A stretch of 63,913 nucleotides of DNA from a virus, in IMG/VR virus record IMGVR_UViG_3300048918_000192, positions 1 to 63,913 of that record. One strand, written 5' to 3'. Every line of letters begins with the position of its first letter. Position 1 is the first letter of the stretch. The translations under genes were made by a program, and so were the position numbers. The notes under the pieces are model-generated. The model saw only the letters and a list, made by a program, of their open reading frames with translations. It did no database searches and had not been told where the DNA came from. Of the stretch, positions 51,722 to 61,191 are shown piece after piece.

Positions 51722-52221
51722 ACATGATTATTGTTGAAATGAAGAAGCACTTCGAGCTGAGGGCGATCGAGTGGTGGTCCGCCGGCCTGATGTTCTCGTG
51801 GGGCTTCTTTGTCCTTCTCTTTCCGACCACCTTCCAAGTTAATCCAGCCTGTCATGCGCTGCTCGAGTTTGCACCTCAACACATTTGGGGTCTGGCGGCG
51901 CTTATGGCAGGTGGCCTGAGACTTGTTGCGTTATTCGTCAACGGCATGTGGTATCGAACTCCAGCCGTTCGTTGGCTAACCACAATGATGTCGATATTCA
52001 TTTGGTTCTGCATCACGGCTGCGTTCGCTAGCAGTCCGATAATCAATATGGGTGTTGTCCTGTACGGGTGGCTTATGGCCGCGGACCTGTACTCGGCATA
52101 TCGGTCTGCCAATGATTTCATTGAAGCCGAAGCGCAAAGGCAACTGAAGAAGATGCCGCCCGCTCCCTCGGACGTATATGAGGGGACGGAGGGCAATGTA
52201 CGTCGCATCGGCGCTCGCTAA
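51718..52221 (+). CDS. Integral membrane protein (about 4 TM helices)
   Basis: 167 aa with a GTGA overlap. It follows the spanins. Confidence 0.5.
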   Translation: MNMIIVEMKKHFELRAIEWWSAGLMFSWGFFVLLFPTTFQVNPACHALLEFAPQHIWGLAALMAGGLRLVALFVNGMWYRTPAVRWLTTMMSIFIWFCITAAFASSPIINMGVVLYGWLMAADLYSAYRSANDFIEAEAQRQLKKMPPAPSDVYEGTEGNVRRIGAR

Positions 52222-52483
52222 CGTAGATTGGCCCACCGTCGCCGCGGCGGTGGGCACCTTTATTGGAGCAATCTACCTCTCCCTGAAGGGCGTACAAAAG
52301 GGCAGGGAGAAAGTCGAGAAGGGCAAGTCTGAGATCACTTCGATCGTAGGCGCGTCGCTTATCGAAACGAGTAGCATTCAGATGCTATCGCTTCAGTTAC
52401 AAGAGAACACTCATGCGCTCCGCGAGAACACGTCGGAGCTCAAAAGGTGCAACGACATTGAGCTTATGACGCGTCGAAAGTAG
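52196..52483 (+). CDS. Small membrane-anchored coiled-coil protein
   Basis: 95 aa counted from MYVASAL... It has an N-terminal TM helix. Confidence 0.4.
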   Translation: MYVASALANVDWPTVAAAVGTFIGAIYLSLKGVQKGREKVEKGKSEITSIVGASLIETSSIQMLSLQLQENTHALRENTSELKRCNDIELMTRRK

Positions 52484-52496
52484 GCCATGAAACAAA

Positions 52497-52528
52497 ATCG
52501 CTTGCAGAGACGAATCGTCCCGTATATG
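52497..52528 (+). promoter_or_regulatory. Promoter-like element ATCGCTTGCA-N16-TATATG upstream of terS
   Basis: The 10-mer variant is at 52497-52506 and TATATG is at 52523-52528. Confidence 0.5.
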
Positions 52529-52571
52529 CTCACAGTCGAAGAATAGGTCAACAGGGAAGGGCCGCTCCTAC

Positions 52572-53006
52572 ATGAACGCCTTTGATCCCTCTCTGGATCC
52601 TCAGCGTACCGAGCCGCAGCTCGACGCACGTGAACAGGCAGTTCGCGACCTCTTTGTCAACGAGTACCTCAAGGACTTCGACGCGTATCGCGCCTGTATC
52701 CGCATGGGCTTCCTAGCGGCGTTTGCGATCGAGCAAGCCAAGACGTTTATGGGGGACGGGTACGTCCTGCGCAAGATCGATTACATGACCCGACAGGCGG
52801 TTGCAAATCCGGATGCAGATAAGCAGGCTATGCTTATGAATCTGCGCTGGCTCGCGCACAACGGGACCCCTGCCTCACGAGCATCAGCAACGAAGCTCTA
52901 TATGGAGGCCATGGGTTACATCGAGAAGGATGGGAACCGCGAAGAACTCGCTACTGCCCAGCTGATCGACGCCTTGAAGGAATTCGGCGCTAACGCTCCG
53001 TCATGA
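52572..53006 (+). CDS. terS: Terminase small subunit
   Basis: 144 aa. RDLFVNEYLKDFDAYRACIRMGF... is a typical small-terminase N-terminus. It lies directly upstream of terL. Confidence 0.65.
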   Translation: MNAFDPSLDPQRTEPQLDAREQAVRDLFVNEYLKDFDAYRACIRMGFLAAFAIEQAKTFMGDGYVLRKIDYMTRQAVANPDADKQAMLMNLRWLAHNGTPASRASATKLYMEAMGYIEKDGNREELATAQLIDALKEFGANAPS

Positions 53007-54355
53007 GCGAGATAGTCCTCGCGCGCCAAAAAGCGCGATGGTATCCTCTAATCGACCATCCTGTCCAGCTTAGCTTGCTAGGCGCCGTCGACCGCGGCAT
53101 CCGCTTCCCTGTGGTTCCTGCTGGTCGACGGTCAGGCAAGACAGAGCGAGCGAAACGCTTCCTGGCTAAGCAAGCCCTCCAAAATCCTGGAGAGAAGTAT
53201 TTCGCGGCAGCGCCGACGCGAGACCAGGCAAAGAAGATCTGGTGGGACGACCTGAAGATGCTCACGTTGAGTATCTTGCACAAGCGACGTCCTAGCGAAT
53301 CCGACCTTATCATCTACCTGCCGAACGGCACCGAGATCCACGTTCTCGGGTTGGACCGACCGGAGCGTATTGAAGGTATCAATTGGACTGGCGGGGTGAT
53401 CGACGAGATCGCAGACGTCAAGGCGGAAGCGCTTGAGGCAAATATCATGCCTGCGCTTAATACCTTCAATCCATTGCGACCCGACTATCGTGCCTGGTGC
53501 TGGTTCATCGGGGTGCCAGACGGTCTAAACCACTATTACGATATGGCGGAGTACGCTAAGACAGCTGGCGACCCCGACTATGAACTGTTTACATGGTGGT
53601 CGGAGGAGATCTTGCCTCCGGACGTTATTGCGTCCGCTAAGCGCACGATGTCCAAACGGCAATACGACCAAGAGTACAAAGCTAGCTTCGAAACGGCTAG
53701 TGGTCGTATCTATGAAGATTACGATTGCCGCGCTCCGACGGCAACGACAGAGGCTGGATACAACTGGACAGACGCGGAAATCAAACCGCATGAAGCTCTG
53801 TACTGGATGCACGACCAGAACTATACTCCTCTGAGCAGCGCCATAGCTGTGGTCAGGAATGGTGTTCCCTACATCCTCGATGAGATCGTGCTCACCAGTG
53901 CTGTCAGTTCGCAGGCCGCAGAAGAGTTCGTAGAGAAGTATAAGGACCACAAGAACAAGCTGGTCTATATCTACGGTGACCCTGCTGGTCGAGCAGGTGA
54001 GAAGCACGGGCATAAGTCCGACTACAACGATATCGAAGATGTGCTGCGGCGCGAGAAGTGGAAGTTCGAACGGCGGGTGCGGAACAAGCACCCTGCTATC
54101 AAGGACCGCCAAAACGCTGTCCGCGCTAAGATCCGAAACGCAGCAGATGAAACTACGCTGTTTGTCAACCCGAAGACAGCTCCATGGAGCCACAGGGGTC
54201 TGGCAACAGTTCAGCTGCAAGAGGGGTCGACCTTCCAAGAAGACCAGAAGAATCAGTATCAGCATATTACGACCGCGATAGGTTACTTTATTGACGTACA
54301 TTGGCCCGCTGGACGAGCCGTACCGAAATCGGGTAACACTACTGGCAACTTCTAA
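53003..54355 (+). CDS. terL: Terminase large subunit
   Basis: 450 aa. Walker A is PAGRRSGKT and Walker B is GGVIDEIAD. The C-terminal half is nuclease-like. Confidence 0.8.
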   Translation: MSEIVLARQKARWYPLIDHPVQLSLLGAVDRGIRFPVVPAGRRSGKTERAKRFLAKQALQNPGEKYFAAAPTRDQAKKIWWDDLKMLTLSILHKRRPSESDLIIYLPNGTEIHVLGLDRPERIEGINWTGGVIDEIADVKAEALEANIMPALNTFNPLRPDYRAWCWFIGVPDGLNHYYDMAEYAKTAGDPDYELFTWWSEEILPPDVIASAKRTMSKRQYDQEYKASFETASGRIYEDYDCRAPTATTEAGYNWTDAEIKPHEALYWMHDQNYTPLSSAIAVVRNGVPYILDEIVLTSAVSSQAAEEFVEKYKDHKNKLVYIYGDPAGRAGEKHGHKSDYNDIEDVLRREKWKFERRVRNKHPAIKDRQNAVRAKIRNAADETTLFVNPKTAPWSHRGLATVQLQEGSTFQEDQKNQYQHITTAIGYFIDVHWPAGRAVPKSGNTTGNF

Positions 54356-54370
54356 ATCCGGGGATCCAAC

Positions 54371-55954
54371 ATGGCACTTGATTCAGTTCATCCGCGATAT
54401 GCCGCTCTGTCCCCTGATTGGGTTCAGCTCCGCGATTTCGCTAAGGGTGAACGCGCTGTCAAGGCGAAGACAACCGAGTACCTACCGCCGACGAAGGGCA
54501 TGGTGCTCGACGGCTTGGGTACTACCACGACCGCGGGCACGGTCGGCAAGAAAAAGCTGGGCCAGGAGGTCTACGACGCTTATCTGCTCCGTGCAGTGTT
54601 CCCTGAGTACATCAAGGACGCACTTGAGATCTTCATGGGTATGCTCCACAACAAGGACGCGGTGATTGAGCTGCCTCCGGAGATGGAGATTCTTCGCTCC
54701 AACTGCACCGAGATGAACGAACCGATCGGTTTGCTCCTCCAGCGCATCAACTTGGAGCAGCTAACCACAGGTCGTCTCGGGCTGCTCGCTGACCTTCCAA
54801 AGAAGCCAGACCCTGCCAATCCTATGCCGTTCTTGGCGCTTTACGTCGCCGAGGCTTGCCGCAACTGGGACAATGATGCGATAAGCGACGAGCGAGCTGA
54901 GCTCAATCTGGTCGTGCTGGATGAATCCGGCTACGCTCGCGGCACAGACTTCGAATGGAACATCGTTCATAAGTACCGCGTTCTCATGCTTGACGATAGC
55001 GGCGCTGCCCGCGTCTATAAGTGTGGTGAGTTTGCGGACGAGGGTGGAACTCCTAACTTTGACCTCACGCTGATGCGCGAGCCGAAGGTGCGGGGTAAGA
55101 CGCTTCAGAACATCCCGTTCTTGTTTATCAACAGCAAGGACATCTCCCCTGATCCCGATGAACCGCCGCTGATCGGCCTTGCTCGCCTGTGTGCTGCTAT
55201 CTACCGTGGCGAAGCGGACTACCGTCAGAACCTGTTCATGCAAGGACAGGACACGCTCGTTGTCATCGGCGAGCGGGCGCGACCCATTACTGATCCGGCT
55301 GCTGAAGGCACAGGGGAGGAACCACTCCGCACTGGCGCCGGCAGTCGCATTGAACTGGAAACCGGCGGCGATGCAAAGTACGTCGGGGTCCAATCGCAAG
55401 GTCTGACCGAGCAGCGCTACGCACTCGAAAATGATAGGAAACGAGCGGAGTCTCGGTCAGGCCAACTTATTGATGCAGCGAAGGGCGACAAGGAGAGCGG
55501 TACGGCGCTCAAGACCCGCGTCGGCGCACAGACTGCAACACTGAACCAGATTGCAAAGACGGGTGCTCTCGGGCTTGAACTAATCCTCAAGCGTGTTGCT
55601 GAATGGATTGGAGCTGACCCCGAGAAGGTCAAGGTGCAGCCGAACTTCGAGTTCGCTGACTACCAGATGAGCGGCCAGGATCTAGTCAACCTGATGACCG
55701 CCAAGCGGACGCAAGGCGCTCCGCTGTCGCTCGAGAGCATCCACCGTCTGATGGTACAGGGCAACCTGACCTCCTTCGACTACACTACCGAGCAGTCCAT
55801 GATCGACGCTGAGCCAGAGTTCCAAACTCCGGAAGCTAAGCTCGCTCTTGAAACTGCTAAGATTGCTGCGTCTGCGAAACCGAAGCCCGGTGAGCAGCCG
55901 CTAGGTCCTGGACCGGCGCCCAAGGACCCTAGCAACCCTGCGCCTAAGAATTAA
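54371..55954 (+). CDS. Portal protein
   Basis: 527 aa, immediately after terL. The N-terminal HPRYAALSPDWVQLRDFAKGERAVK resembles DUF4055-type portals. Confidence 0.7.
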   Translation: MALDSVHPRYAALSPDWVQLRDFAKGERAVKAKTTEYLPPTKGMVLDGLGTTTTAGTVGKKKLGQEVYDAYLLRAVFPEYIKDALEIFMGMLHNKDAVIELPPEMEILRSNCTEMNEPIGLLLQRINLEQLTTGRLGLLADLPKKPDPANPMPFLALYVAEACRNWDNDAISDERAELNLVVLDESGYARGTDFEWNIVHKYRVLMLDDSGAARVYKCGEFADEGGTPNFDLTLMREPKVRGKTLQNIPFLFINSKDISPDPDEPPLIGLARLCAAIYRGEADYRQNLFMQGQDTLVVIGERARPITDPAAEGTGEEPLRTGAGSRIELETGGDAKYVGVQSQGLTEQRYALENDRKRAESRSGQLIDAAKGDKESGTALKTRVGAQTATLNQIAKTGALGLELILKRVAEWIGADPEKVKVQPNFEFADYQMSGQDLVNLMTAKRTQGAPLSLESIHRLMVQGNLTSFDYTTEQSMIDAEPEFQTPEAKLALETAKIAASAKPKPGEQPLGPGPAPKDPSNPAPKN

Positions 55955-55995
55955 AGTTCCACCACCGCCCGAGGGGGCAACACAGGAGAAGTAGA

Positions 55996-56808
55996 ATGGC
56001 TTTTAAGATGGTACTCGACAGCCTGGATGGGCTGCCGGAGGAAGTGGCAAGCGAGTACGTTGAGAAGGACGGAAAGTTCCACATTCAGGTCGAGGGCATG
56101 AAGACCCCCGATGATTTTAACAAGGTGCAGACGTCATTGAACGCCGCCCGTACCGAAGCGAACACGCTCAAGCAACGCCTTGGGATGCTCGGCGATCGCA
56201 AGGTCGAGGACGTGCTCGAGCAGCTGAACCGCATCCCTGAGCTCGAAGCTGCGGCCGAGGGCAAGCTCGATGACGACAAGATCAACGGCATCGTCGAGAA
56301 CCGTATCAAGACGAAGATTGCCCCGCTGGAGCGGGAGCGCGACACGCTCAAGTCGCAGCTGACCGAGAAGGATGGTATCATCCAAACCTTCGAGCAGAAG
56401 GAAACGGTTCGCAAGATCCATCGTCAGGTGCGCGAAGCTGCCAAGGCCTCTGGTATGCGCGAAGAAGCAATCGACGACGCGCTGCTCCTCTCCGATCGCA
56501 CCCTTGAGCTGGTCGACGGCGTTGCTGTGGTCAAGGCAGACACCGGCTACAATCAAGGGCTCGCACCCAAGGATTGGCTCGCTGAGCTCCAGTCGAAGCG
56601 GCCGCATTGGTGGCCCGAGAGCGAGGGCGGTGGCGCCGGCGGCAATCGCGGCGGTGGCGGAAGCCTCACGAAGAACCCTTGGTCGGCCGACAACTGGAAT
56701 ATGACCGAACAGGGCAAAATCTACAACGAGAATCCGACTCGTGCGGAGCAGCTTGCGAAGGCGGCCGGTACGACGATCGGAGGAGCAAAGCCAGCTCCGA
56801 AAAAATAA
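55996..56808 (+). CDS. Scaffolding protein
   Basis: 270 aa, coiled-coil rich, with a Gly-rich C-terminus. It lies between the portal and capsid genes. Confidence 0.6.
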   Translation: MAFKMVLDSLDGLPEEVASEYVEKDGKFHIQVEGMKTPDDFNKVQTSLNAARTEANTLKQRLGMLGDRKVEDVLEQLNRIPELEAAAEGKLDDDKINGIVENRIKTKIAPLERERDTLKSQLTEKDGIIQTFEQKETVRKIHRQVREAAKASGMREEAIDDALLLSDRTLELVDGVAVVKADTGYNQGLAPKDWLAELQSKRPHWWPESEGGGAGGNRGGGGSLTKNPWSADNWNMTEQGKIYNENPTRAEQLAKAAGTTIGGAKPAPKK

Positions 56809-56924
56809 TCCTTGACTCGGCAGCCGGTACAGTGTTACGCCTTGCGATAGCGGGGCAATGTGCCGGCTGTCGTTCGGGTCCATGGGACAGGGCGATCTTC
56901 CAACCAACATAGGAGACACTTCCC

Positions 56925-57965
56925 ATGGCTTCGGGGGTTACTCGTCTTTCTGACGTCGTTACACCGGCGATCTTTTCGCCTTATTCGCAGCAGCTGACCC
57001 AGGAGAAGTCACGTCTCCTTCGTTCGGGTGCTCTCGCCAATGACGGCGCGCTGGCAGCGGAACTCGCCGGCGGCGGTCTTACCTTCAACGAACCGTCCTT
57101 CAAGGACCTCGACAACGACGCGGAAAACGTCTCTTCTGACGATCCGGCGGTCGAATCGACTCCGAACAAGATCGGAACGGCAACGGAAATCCAGGTCCGT
57201 CTGTCGCGCAACAACTCCTGGAGCTCGATGGATCTGGTCGAGGCCCTCATCGCTGAGGACCCGATGCAGGCGATCGCCAATCGTGTGTCGGACTATTGGG
57301 TCCGTCGTCAACAGGCTGTGTTCGTCGCAACGATGAACGGCGTCTTCGCGGACAACGCGGCGGCTCCGAGCGGAACCGACACGCACGTCCAGAACGACAT
57401 GACGCACGATATCTCCGCGGCTGGCGTCTTCACCGACGGCACCACGAACTTCTCGGCGGAAGCGTTCATCGACGCAACGACCACGATGGGTGACAGCATG
57501 GAGGAGCTTTCGCTCGTCATGATGCACTCGGTCGTTTACAGCCGTGCGCTCAAGAACAACCTGATCGACTTCATCCCCGACGCCATCAATCCGGCGGCGG
57601 CGGCTATCCCGACCTTCCTCGGCCGTACGGTCGTGGTCGACGACGGTATGCCGCACACGGGCGGCGTGTTCGACACCTGGCTGTTCGGACGCGGCGCTGT
57701 TCGTTGGGCCGCGGGTTCGCCCAAGGTTCCGACGGAAGTCAAGCGTGAGCCGGCGGCTGGTAACGGCGGCGGACAGGACATCCTGTTCAACCGCGTGGAG
57801 TGGATTATTGCTCCTGCCGGTTACGCCTACATCGGTACTCCTCCCAAGGGTGGCCCGAGCAACGCGAACACGACCAACAACCTGGCGAACGCCGGCAGTT
57901 GGTCGCGTGTGTTCTCGGAGCGCAAGCAGATCCGCATCGCGCGGCTCGTCACCACCGAGTTCTAA
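56925..57965 (+). CDS. Major capsid protein
   Basis: 346 aa. The position and composition are typical, and a stable 3' hairpin follows. Confidence 0.75.
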   Translation: MASGVTRLSDVVTPAIFSPYSQQLTQEKSRLLRSGALANDGALAAELAGGGLTFNEPSFKDLDNDAENVSSDDPAVESTPNKIGTATEIQVRLSRNNSWSSMDLVEALIAEDPMQAIANRVSDYWVRRQQAVFVATMNGVFADNAAAPSGTDTHVQNDMTHDISAAGVFTDGTTNFSAEAFIDATTTMGDSMEELSLVMMHSVVYSRALKNNLIDFIPDAINPAAAAIPTFLGRTVVVDDGMPHTGGVFDTWLFGRGAVRWAAGSPKVPTEVKREPAAGNGGGQDILFNRVEWIIAPAGYAYIGTPPKGGPSNANTTNNLANAGSWSRVFSERKQIRIARLVTTEF

Positions 57966-57970
57966 TCGCT

Positions 57971-57996
57971 GTGGGGGCGCCTTCGGGCGTCCCCAC
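57971..57996 (+). other. GC-rich hairpin with a UUCG tetraloop after the capsid gene
   Basis: The RNA reads gugggggcgcc-UUCG-ggcguccccac with one G.U pair. It lies 5 nt after the stop and has no U tract. Confidence 0.6.
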
Positions 57997-58025
57997 TAGA
58001 TTAGGCTCAACAAGGAGCTTTATCG

Positions 58026-58535
58026 ATGTCGAAGGGTTTCAGTCGCTCGCTCGGTCGTGGATCCGCCTCGTCGCAACCTGTCTGCCGTGAAACGCTGACG
58101 CTGCGCGACAAGGCGATTACCACATCGGGCCTCACCGGCATCGGGTTCGGCACTGCCGTCCTCGCCGGACTGCCGCAGGGGAATATCTTGATCCTCGGCG
58201 CTATTGCCTATCTCCAGTTCACCAAGCAGAGCGCTGGCACCATTGCCACGTTCGATGGTGACGTGGCGATTGGTTCCGCCCCGACCGCCGATAACGCCCT
58301 TGCGGGTGCGGAAGTCGACATCATTCCTTCAACGCCGCTGAACGCGGCCACTGCTGGCGTCTCGCCAATGGTGCGTGGGGCCAACGCGACGCAGGTCATG
58401 TTGGACAACACCGACGGTTCGTTGGAACTCAACCTCAACCTCTTGCTCGACGACGCGTCAGTGAGCGCAGACGCCCAAGCCTTCGTGGTGAACGGTACTG
58501 TCCAACTCGCTTACATCGTCCTCGGCGACGACTAA
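58026..58535 (+). CDS. Head-associated structural protein (decoration candidate)
   Basis: 169 aa with AAGGAG upstream. It lies directly after the capsid gene. Confidence 0.45.
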   Translation: MSKGFSRSLGRGSASSQPVCRETLTLRDKAITTSGLTGIGFGTAVLAGLPQGNILILGAIAYLQFTKQSAGTIATFDGDVAIGSAPTADNALAGAEVDIIPSTPLNAATAGVSPMVRGANATQVMLDNTDGSLELNLNLLLDDASVSADAQAFVVNGTVQLAYIVLGDD

Positions 58536-58551
58536 GGAAGGGACCATCGGC

Positions 58552-59622
58552 ATGGCCGAGAATAGTAACATCGTAGAAGCGCTCAAGAAGCTGGATCCGT
58601 CCAACGACGACCAGTGGACTTCGAGCAAGCAGCCGACTGTCGCTGCCGTATCGGAACTCGTTGGCGAGTCCGTTACGCGGGAACAGATCGATGCTGCCGC
58701 GGACGGCTTCAACCGCGACACGGCGCCTGGCTTCTTCATGACGGCTACTGCGAAGCCGTGGGAGCAGGGCGCTGCGAAGGCGGACGGAACCCAAGAGACC
58801 GGCCCGCAGGCTGGTACGGACGTTGATGGTAACACCGACGCGCCCACCGAGGGTCCAAAGGCAGACGAGGACAATCCTCAGACGCCTGCGAACGCCGACG
58901 AGACCGACCAGAACGCTGGCCAGAATGCTGACGGTGACATCACCGGCGTCCGCAAGGACCCCGAAGAGGTTACTGCCGGCGAGGACGGTGACAACGTCGA
59001 TGCTCATAACGAGCCGTCAGGCGTTCCGTCGGGTACGGGTTTCCGCGAGACGGAAGACTCGCCCGGCCCGCCGTTCAACCCTGCTGACCCTGTCCAGGCG
59101 CCTACCGGCAACGGTGGCACCGGCCCGGAGAGCGCTGCGGAGTTGACCACATCCCCTCGCGCGGAAGGGGCCGAGGCCGACGATGACACTGCCTCGAGCG
59201 GAGCGGATGGCCCCGATACCGATGATGGCGCATCCGAACAGCAGTCGTTGGGCAATGCCAGCGACAGTTCCGATGAAATCGCATCGCTGGAAGAGGAACT
59301 GGCGGACCTCGAAACGGATATCAATGACATCCGCATAGAGCGTGACAAGCTGAGCCAGCGTATCCTGCGGCACGAGGGTCGTGCAGACGACCTCCGCGGG
59401 CGCTTGGAACAGCTCCGTCCACGGTCGTCCAACACCGGCACCATCCAGGCCTACCTCGAGCGCCAGAAGCAGATCAGTCAGGAGAAGGCGGAAGGTCGCC
59501 AGGCTCTTCGCGCTGCTGGCGTAAGCCTGAAGGACTTGCAGAAGGCAGTCGGTCGTTCGCCGATCGACGAAGCGATGCAACGTAAGACGGGTCGCGGCGG
59601 ACGCCGCCCGACTCGGGTCTAA
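58552..59622 (+). CDS. Acidic low-complexity protein with an HeH-like N-terminus and a C-terminal coiled coil
   Basis: 356 aa. It has LDPSNDDQWTSSKQPTVAAVSELVGESVTREQI. About 180 aa of D/E/T/G/P-rich sequence follows, then heptads and a basic tail. Confidence 0.5.
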   Translation: MAENSNIVEALKKLDPSNDDQWTSSKQPTVAAVSELVGESVTREQIDAAADGFNRDTAPGFFMTATAKPWEQGAAKADGTQETGPQAGTDVDGNTDAPTEGPKADEDNPQTPANADETDQNAGQNADGDITGVRKDPEEVTAGEDGDNVDAHNEPSGVPSGTGFRETEDSPGPPFNPADPVQAPTGNGGTGPESAAELTTSPRAEGAEADDDTASSGADGPDTDDGASEQQSLGNASDSSDEIASLEEELADLETDINDIRIERDKLSQRILRHEGRADDLRGRLEQLRPRSSNTGTIQAYLERQKQISQEKAEGRQALRAAGVSLKDLQKAVGRSPIDEAMQRKTGRGGRRPTRV

Positions 59623-59626
59623 GCCA

Positions 59627-59797
59627 ATGGCAACGCAGTCTGCATCTGGAGCACTTTCGCCAAGGGTGCAGGCTGCGTTGTATTATGCCCGGAAGCGTAG
59701 ACGCCAGCGCTGGTTTGACGGGCTCCCCACTGCGGATCCTTTGTCTGCCGGCGTTCAGTGGAATGATAACGGGACCATTAGAACTAGCGCGGGGTAG
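59627..59797 (+). CDS. Possible small ORF (56 aa)
   Basis: It fills the gap between two genes, but no clear RBS is visible. Confidence 0.25.
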   Translation: MATQSASGALSPRVQAALYYARKRRRQRWFDGLPTADPLSAGVQWNDNGTIRTSAG

Positions 59798-59800
59798 GGG

Positions 59801-60319
59801 ATGGCGTTCACCGTAGAGGATGGGTCGGGGGTAGTCGGCGCCAACAGTTACACTACAGTTGCTTTCGCCGATGCTTACTTCGAGGAGCGCGGCAACGCTG
59901 TATGGGCTGCTATCGCTGATGACGCGGATAAGGAGAAGCTCCTTATTCAGGCGACCGATTACATCGAACTTATTTACTGCCGCCGGTTTATCGGTGACAT
60001 GGTCGCGACCGATCAGGCGTTGTCCTGGCCGCGGAACTACGCTGACCCGTACCCGAACGATGCTATCCCGCTCGCGCTGCAGAAGGCTTGCGCCGAATAC
60101 GCGCTGCGAGCGAACGATGGACCGCTGCTCCCTGATCCGACCGTCGATGCCAATGGCTTCGCTAGTGTGGTCAAGCGCAAGAAGATTGGGCCCATTGAAA
60201 AAGAGTTCGAGGTAATGAACGGCGGCAAGGTCTACGTTGTTCGCTCGTACCCTGTCCCCGATGGATATATGTACAAGCTGCTCGCGCCGGGCACCTACGG
60301 GAACCGAGTAATCCGGTGA
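59801..60319 (+). CDS. Head-tail adaptor/connector
   Basis: 172 aa. ANSYTTVAFADAYFEERGNAVWAAI...LLIQATDYIE is the common adaptor N-terminal pattern. Confidence 0.6.
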   Translation: MAFTVEDGSGVVGANSYTTVAFADAYFEERGNAVWAAIADDADKEKLLIQATDYIELIYCRRFIGDMVATDQALSWPRNYADPYPNDAIPLALQKACAEYALRANDGPLLPDPTVDANGFASVVKRKKIGPIEKEFEVMNGGKVYVVRSYPVPDGYMYKLLAPGTYGNRVIR

Positions 60320-60714
60320 GGGAAGACTACCTCGAATTTATCGCGGATGCGAAAGAGCTCATTGAAGAACATGGGCAGGACTGCTGGTGGCAGAAAGCAG
60401 CGCCGACGGTCGGTGGCGAGCCCGGCTACCCTGTAGCGGGAGCACAGCCTCAGCCGATACCGTGCGTGATTGCATTCTTCTCGCAGAAGGATCTCGATCG
60501 CGGGGTCCTGCAATACATGGATGTCATTCCCAATACGGAAGTGCCCGATAACGTGCAGATCGGTCTGCTTGCAGGTGGGCAATCCTTTACTCCGGAAAAC
60601 ACAGACACCATCCGCAGGGGCGCTGTGGATGCAGCTGAGACCGCTATTGTCAAGTTCGACGTGCTAGCGCCTAACGGGACGCCTGTCCTGTACTTCATCA
60701 CGGTGACCAAATGA
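60316..60714 (+). CDS. Head-closure / neck protein
   Basis: 132 aa with a GTGA overlap. The call rests on position. Confidence 0.45.
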   Translation: MREDYLEFIADAKELIEEHGQDCWWQKAAPTVGGEPGYPVAGAQPQPIPCVIAFFSQKDLDRGVLQYMDVIPNTEVPDNVQIGLLAGGQSFTPENTDTIRRGAVDAAETAIVKFDVLAPNGTPVLYFITVTK

Positions 60715-61187
60715 GCCTGTCACCACAGCAAGCCCGTAAGCAGATGTTCGCGCTGGTTGACGGCGTTTGGAACGCCAAAGCTGCTGCCATCGTTGGAGGG
60801 TCAGACCCATACGTTCCGCACATCCGTTATCAAGGTGCAGAGGAGGGGGCACTTCCTGGCGCTGACAAGTTCTGGATGCGTTGTAGCACACAAGGGGTGA
60901 TGAACCCTCAACGTGGACACCGTATGCCGGAGACGGGAATCTCTCAGCCTGTGTACGACAACATCGGGTTTATCACTCTGCAGATCTTTGCACCGATGAA
61001 GGTCGGCGAGTCGTACGCTAAAGGGGAGTTGCTGGCTGAGCTTGGACAGTGTATGTTCATGGCCTCAGAAACGGGTGGGTCGGTTTGGTTCCGCAATCCT
61101 CGCATCCGTGAATTGGACAACGACGGAACGTGGTACAGGTGGAACGTGATTGCGGACTACCAATTCAGTCAAGTGAAAGGAATCTAA
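60711..61187 (+). CDS. Tail terminator-like protein (DUF4128-like)
   Basis: 158 aa with an ATGA overlap. It lies directly upstream of the tail tube gene. Confidence 0.45.
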   Translation: MSLSPQQARKQMFALVDGVWNAKAAAIVGGSDPYVPHIRYQGAEEGALPGADKFWMRCSTQGVMNPQRGHRMPETGISQPVYDNIGFITLQIFAPMKVGESYAKGELLAELGQCMFMASETGGSVWFRNPRIRELDNDGTWYRWNVIADYQFSQVKGI

Positions 61188-61191
61188 ACTC

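Noticed and set aside
58435-59580. Minus-strand ORFs (58435..59007, 59004..59444, 59017..59580) opposite the acidic head-associated gene
   Set aside because: They are antisense to a long ORF within a strictly plus-strand structural operon. Their Arg/Ser/Val-rich composition mirrors the acidic repeats.
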